DNA from: the human T2T-CHM13v2.0 reference genome, Homo sapiens
Length of the DNA stretch: 64,000 nt
NCBI RefSeq assembly: GCF_009914755.1
Contig: NC_060932.1
Reading direction: 5' to 3' (one strand)
Position 1 is the first letter of the stretch. Every line of letters begins with the position of its first letter. Positions 57,968-64,000 of the stretch are shown piece after piece. The translations under genes and the position numbers were made by a program. The notes beneath the pieces were generated by a model. It did not search any database. It was not told the DNA's origin and worked only from the letters and a program-made list of their open reading frames with translations.

Positions 57968-58134
57968 ATGCTTGGCAGCCAACACAATAACAAATCATAA
58001 AAGTTTTTAAAATGTGAGTCAGATCCCACCATTCTCCTTAACCCTCTCTGGTGTCTTCACATCACAGTGCATCTGGAAAAACACATAGCCTTCTGGGTGT
58101 CCTAGGAAGCCCTAAGTGATTTAAGAAACTTCCT

Positions 58135-58424
58135 GGCCGGGCGCAGTGGCTCACGCTTGTAATCCCAGGACTTTGGGAGGCCAAGGGTGGGGGGGGAATC
58201 ACCTGAGGTCAGGAGTTCGAGACCAGCCTGACCAACATGGTGAAACCCCGTCTCTACTAAAAATACGAAAATTAGCTGGGCGTGGTGGCAGGTGCCTGTA
58301 ACCCCAACTACTTAGGAGGTTGAGGCAAGAGAATTGCTTGAACCTGGGAGGGAGGTTGCAGTGAGCTGAGATCACACCACTGCACTCTAGCCTGGGCGAC
58401 AGAGTGAGACGCCATCTCAAAAAA
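58135..58424 (+). mobile_element. AluSx/Sq-like SINE with TSD
   Basis: Full dimer; TSD aagaaacttcct on both sides; G-run expansion at about 58189-58196. Confidence 0.95.
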
Positions 58425-58539
58425 AAGAAACTTCCTGTCCAGCCACTAGCTGACCACCAAGCTAACTGGAGAGAGACTTACGTGACCACACATGAAAAAC
58501 AATACAGACATTACAGAATTAATCCAGGAAATTCACTAA

Positions 58540-58950
58540 AGCCAGTTACCTGCCTCCTTGACTAGCCTTCTCTCCTTCACTCAGTCGGTGCCAGTCATTC
58601 CCTGAACACACCATATAACCTCCCAGGTCGGAACGTCTGCCTTTACTCCACTTTGTGTCTCAAATACTCTGCTCACTTCTGGAGGGCTGGCTCCTTTGCA
58701 TCATTTAGATCTCAGCCAAAATATCATTTTCTTAGAAAGGCCTTCCCTGACCAATTAGAATAAGTTAGCACCTTTCTAAGCGGCTTTCAGTAACATCACC
58801 AAGTCCATTTCTTGCTAGCACTTAACCCTGTCTGAAATCATCTGACACATGACTTGGCATGTGCTCTTGGCGGGAGTGGGCTCCATGCTGGGCTTCTTCA
58901 CAGCTCAGTCTCTAAGACCCAGCACATGCCCTGGCAAGAAACAGTTGATA
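58540..58950 (+). mobile_element. L2 3' region fragment
   Basis: 'tcatttagatctcagccaaaatatc..agaaaggccttccctgacc..cccagcacatgccctggca' are L2 hallmarks. Confidence 0.6.
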
Positions 58951-59509
58951 AATGGGCTTCTTTTCTGGATAAATCCATCATAAAAACTTGCTTCTCCTCC
59001 ACACAGTCACCTATACCAGCATGGCAGTGGGACTGGGTAAAACTAGAAAGAGTGGAGAGCTATCTATTCTACTCTTGTTAACTCCACCACTACTGGAAAG
59101 AGTTTTCTGAGCCCAGTTATGGGATCCAAATTGCAAAGGGCAAACCTTTTTCATTTGGAAAATATTTAAATCTTCCAGGGAGTGAACATTTTAAAAACGC
59201 TTTCCTAGGAACAATTGTTTTCCAACAATTGCAGCAAACATGACCTCCATCAGGTTATTCTATCCAAACACACGAAGCAAACAACAAATCTTTGAAGCTC
59301 GCAGGGATTCAAATGCCTTCTTTTGTAAGTTAAAACAAAAGGCAAAGGAGGTAGTGTTGACAATGAAAAGACAGAGGCCTAATTGAGAATGACTGAGATT
59401 AATGCTAATAATTAAAACAATAAAATATATATGGACACTGTCAATGAATGTCTGCCATGTGCCAAGTCTCATGCTCGGAAGTTCACCTAAGTTATCTCTT
59501 TATAAACCC

Positions 59510-60106
59510 ATGGTGGCAGGCAGAATTCTAAGGTGGACCCCAAGATTCTCTGTCCCTGCATAATTCCAAGCAGTGTGGTTATGATGGATTTCACTCCAGT
59601 GACTGTGTTTCCTTAGATGGCACAGTTGACTTTGAGTAAGAAGATTAACTGGGTGGGTCTGACTTTATCACAAGAGCCCTTTAAATCTGAGTGTAGTGGT
59701 CAGAGACAGAGGAGTAAGAAATTTAAAATAAAAGATTTGACACAAGTGAAGCTGTCCATTGCTAGCTCTGAAGATGAAGGGGACCATGGGTCAGGGCACA
59801 TGGGTGGCCTCTAACAGCTGAGAATGGCCCCTAGCTGACAGCCAGCAAGGAAACAGAGACCTCAGTCCTACAACCACAAAGAACTGAATTCTGCCAACAA
59901 CCTGAATGAACTCGGAAGAGGATGCCGAGATTGAGGTGAGAATGCAGCCTAGCTAACACCTTGATTGCAGACTTGTAGGACCCTGCACAGAGAATCTAGC
60001 AATGTTATCCCCAGATTTTTGACCTATAGAGCATGAGCTAACAAAAGGGTCTTTTTTAAGCCACTAAGTTTATGGTAATTAGTTATTGCAATGGAAAACT
60101 AATTCA
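59510..60106 (+). mobile_element. MaLR solo LTR (MLT1E-like)
   Basis: 'ggcaggcagaattctaag', 'gacagccagcaaggaaac..cctcagtcctacaaccaca..gaactgaattctgccaacaacctgaatga'; end 'aagccactaagttt'. Confidence 0.85.
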
Positions 60107-60165
60107 ACCACAATAACCTTACAAAGTAAATTCAGTCTGATGACACATGGAGACTGGATAAGAGT

Positions 60166-60222
60166 AATGATGATGATGATGGTAGCTATGATGATGATGA
60201 TAATCATGATGATGATGATGAT
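60166..60222. repeat. (GAT)n imperfect trinucleotide repeat
   Basis: Directly visible; it produces the poly-Met ORF. Confidence 0.9.
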
Positions 60223-60814
60223 GGTACAATTGACATCTACTCTGTGTTCCAGGCATTGTTTTCAGTGCTGTGCATATAGTATATCAGTTGATTCTCATAC
60301 CAACATTTACAAGACAGGAACTAGCATTTTCATCTTTATTTGCAGCTGAAGATATTTAGGAACAGACACCTTAATTATGTCATTGGCCCAAGGTTACAGC
60401 ATAGCCAAGATTCTAACTCAGAATCCATCTGGCCCTAGTTTTTTGCACTTAGCCAGTGCACAGCAACCCACTTGGTGCTGGCCCAGGCTTGGCAACAGGC
60501 AAGGGCTTCACAGAAAAGGAAGAAACTCAGGCTGGCAGCACCCACGAGGGCAGTCCAGGATATTGCAGCAGTGTAAACAGAGGCCAGGAAGCTTAAGGCT
60601 GGATGAAAGGTGTGGGAAATTGAAAGCTGGGTGGTTTGTTGGAATTTGCGCTTTAATAGTATTTCTTGATTGCAAATTACAGAAACTCAAAGTAAAATCA
60701 CCTAAAATATAAAAGAAATTTGTCATTAAGATAAAAACAAGAACAAAACAAAACTAGAGCATCCCATGGTATTAGTGAGTTGAGTCTAAGGTATTAATAG
60801 AACCAGGTTTAAAT

Positions 60815-61479
60815 GGAAAGAGCAGGAGCACCATCATCTCGGACAAATACTACCACTTTAAGATCCAGCTCCCTTTCTAACCTCATGCATTTCAAGGAAA
60901 TCACTTCTCTTCTAACAACAAGCAGCCAGAAAGAGAACACAGTAAAGCACAGATAAGACAGCTCTGGCACAGAAAGAGGGGAGAAGTCTCTTGGGTAACC
61001 ACCAAACTTCACACTTGTACAATGGGCCCCAGTAAAACAGGGGGTCCCAATAAGCACATTCCTTTCCCTTTCGGTGCACTAAATTAGGGAAGCTAAGAAC
61101 AGACTCGGCGGAGGGGGTATGCTTGCAGCTGCAGGAAGATGTATGGGAACAGACACAAAAACTCTCCCTCCTAGATAAGCAAGACAAAGAGACAAAGACT
61201 AAAAGTTGGCCTATGTGGTCTTGAAATGGGGTGAGAGCTGATAAAAACTCTGCTCTATACAGATAGCACACCTGGTCCTAACTGAACCATTGGGCCCTAG
61301 AAGGGTAAGGCAACCCCTCCTCATGAGCCCCTGAACCCTGAAGTACCCTTAGTCTGTAAGAGAGCAGGCTCCTGACCTAACTGCCCAGAAGCCTCTCTCA
61401 GGTTTATTCTTTAAAATAAACCTGTCTTTGACTGTAGATCCGCTTTTTGTGTTTCTTTCTTCCTTCTTCAACTCTTATG
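60815..61479 (+). mobile_element. ERV1 solo LTR (MER61-like)
   Basis: Start 'gaaagagcaggagcaccatcatctcggacaaa', AATAAA at about 61415, end 'ttcttcaactctta'. The family assignment is from memory of the consensus. Confidence 0.7.
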
Positions 61480-63084
61480 CAAACACTATCTCTCTCCTTT
61501 TTGGTCCTTCCTGTGCAACATTCTCATTCTTCTCTCATTTCTATTTTTCTCTCTCCCTATCCTACTTCTCTCCTTCTTGTCGCCTGGCTTCTTTGGGTAA
61601 CATTATTGCCAATAACTTCCCAAATATGTCATACTCTAAGCATGATGAATGATGGGGTCTCTGAGGCTCACGAGCAAATTCTCAGTGAAAGAGTCTGTTT
61701 TCCCAGCTTGGGTTAGGGGTCCATCCCCAGCCCAATGCTGTGTACATGAAGTCATATGGTCCTAACCTAGACACTCAGACTGCAACCATATGAATGAGGG
61801 AGAGAAGAAAAAAGTTAATAGAAGGATAATGAGAAGGCTACCCTGTAAGTGTAAACAACCGTGACATGGAGCAAGAGAAGGCTCTGGAGGTAAAGACAGA
61901 GGCAAGGTCATGAAATACTTTATGGGCTGGCTTACTTAATAACTCATTAATTGATGGACCCAAAGTCTTGGCAGAATCTTATTTGGACATTGACGTATTA
62001 CCAAGAAATTCCTGGGCCCCTTAATTCATACAATTTGTAGGATCAGACACTCTTCTGTAATTAAGCCCAACTCTGAAATGAAGGTAGGCTTTGGAAATGC
62101 TGGAGGAACCAAAGCTGCAAATTCCAACACATGCCCTACTCCAGCCCTCCCTCCTGTTTAATTTGATTCGATGGGCTGATAGCTCCTGCAAATACATCCT
62201 GCTCCTCTTTGGCAAATTGCTAAATCCAAGAAGATGTAATCAACCACGTTCTCACACATGAATAAATAAAAGCTGAGTGAGAGATTGAGGAAATTTAACA
62301 CCTCTGTAAGTACCACTAAGGTTACTGCTTGGAGAATTAAAGTGCATTTCATGACAGCCACTGATTTAGGAAGGTGGTGATGTAGAAGAAGACAAAATGA
62401 AACTCAAAGTAATTTGAGAAGGGAGGAGACCAGAAGAAGATTGTTAGTACTCCAGGAAGCCTTGTATATTAACGTTGAAACCAACAGACTGCAAAACCTG
62501 GAAGATCACGCCCATGCTGCAATTTGCCAATGCTATGTGTAACCCTTGCAATGATTTCCAGTGAAATGTGACATTTAAGACACACTTGCATGATGGAACC
62601 AGACCCCATATATGACCAATTTTAGACAGATTGTAGAAAATGCTCAGTTAAAGATAGCAGAGCAATTCCTGGATTTGATTCTTAGCTGTATCCCACGATA
62701 GTTGAGTGATCGTGCACAAGTCATTTCAGCTCTCTGAGACCCAGTTTCTATGTTCGGAGAAAAATTCCCAAGTAGTTGTGAATATTTAAAGGTCCGATGA
62801 CAACCTTTGACACAAAGTAGATAATCAAATGTATGTCAGCTTTGCTATCTTCCATTTCACTTTCAATCACGGCCTTTGAGGCACTCAGACAGTATTTAAA
62901 TATTGATTCTGCTATCTATTTTATTACCCTGGAAATGCTCTAGGTCTAAAGGAAACTTTGCAGCTTGCGTCTAATGCATCATTTCCAGATGGGTTGGGAA
63001 ACACTGCAGGAACGCTATCTTCACTACCAACTCCTCATGCCACTAAATTTTGACACACAGCTTGGGAGGATGGCATATCCATAG

Positions 63085-63412
<328 letters not shown>

Positions 63413-63574
63413 TGATTCTTAATTCCAGCTACCTCTATCCTCTGCCATGCTCACCTCCCCTGTGTAGTTATCCTAGAAAATAAAGCAGAATTTACTCCTG
63501 GAAGGCAACCAACACCTATCTGGATGCCAGAGACATCACAAGAAGCCAACGGGGCTTTGATAAGTCAGAGTGAG

Positions 63575-63715
63575 CCTCGCACCACCTCCCCATGAGGGCA
63601 GAGATATTTGTCACTTTTGTTCACTGTTGTATCCCAAGCACCTAACTTTGTGCCTGGCACCTAGTTGGCTCTCAGTAAATATTTATTGAACAAATGAAAG
63701 AATAAGTGAACTAGT
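63575..63715 (+). mobile_element. L2 3' terminus
   Basis: 'ccatgagggcagaga..ttgttcactgttgtatccc..gtgcctggcac..taaatatttattgaa'. Confidence 0.75.
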
Positions 63716-63798
63716 CAATGAGAGTCTATTATGCACCTGGCATTGTATTAGGGATTTTATGTATGTTAACTCCTTTAATTCTCAAAACAACCCAATGA

Positions 63799-64000
<202 letters not shown>

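Overview
Primate DNA, almost certainly human. The window lies inside KCNQ3 (Kv7.3, M-current K+ channel), which is transcribed on the minus strand. Three coding exons are visible with canonical GT-AG boundaries: exon 2 (9078..8988, S1), exon 3 (7264..7138, S2 and S2-S3 loop) and exon 4 (3225..3053, S3-S4 voltage sensor). Everything from 9079 to 64000 is the distal part of the very large intron 1. It is filled with Alus, MaLR/ERV LTRs, L1/L2/MIR fragments, DNA-transposon relics and microsatellites. Apart from ORFs overlapping these exons or L1 ORF2 fragments, the ORF track is noise from repeats. I found no evidence of a new multi-gene system. The observations most worth checking are: a CpG-rich element with a CTCF motif at about 14.8-15.4 kb; three atypical retro-insertions (a tailless L1 ORF2 piece with a 15-bp TSD, a 48-bp Alu patch inside an MST element, and a twin-primed inverted L1); a 32-bp local copy of LTR sequence; a YCAY-dense trinucleotide VNTR upstream of exon 2; and inverted Alus flanking exons 2-3. 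Repeat subfamily names come from recalled consensus features, not from a RepeatMasker run, and repeat edges are approximate.
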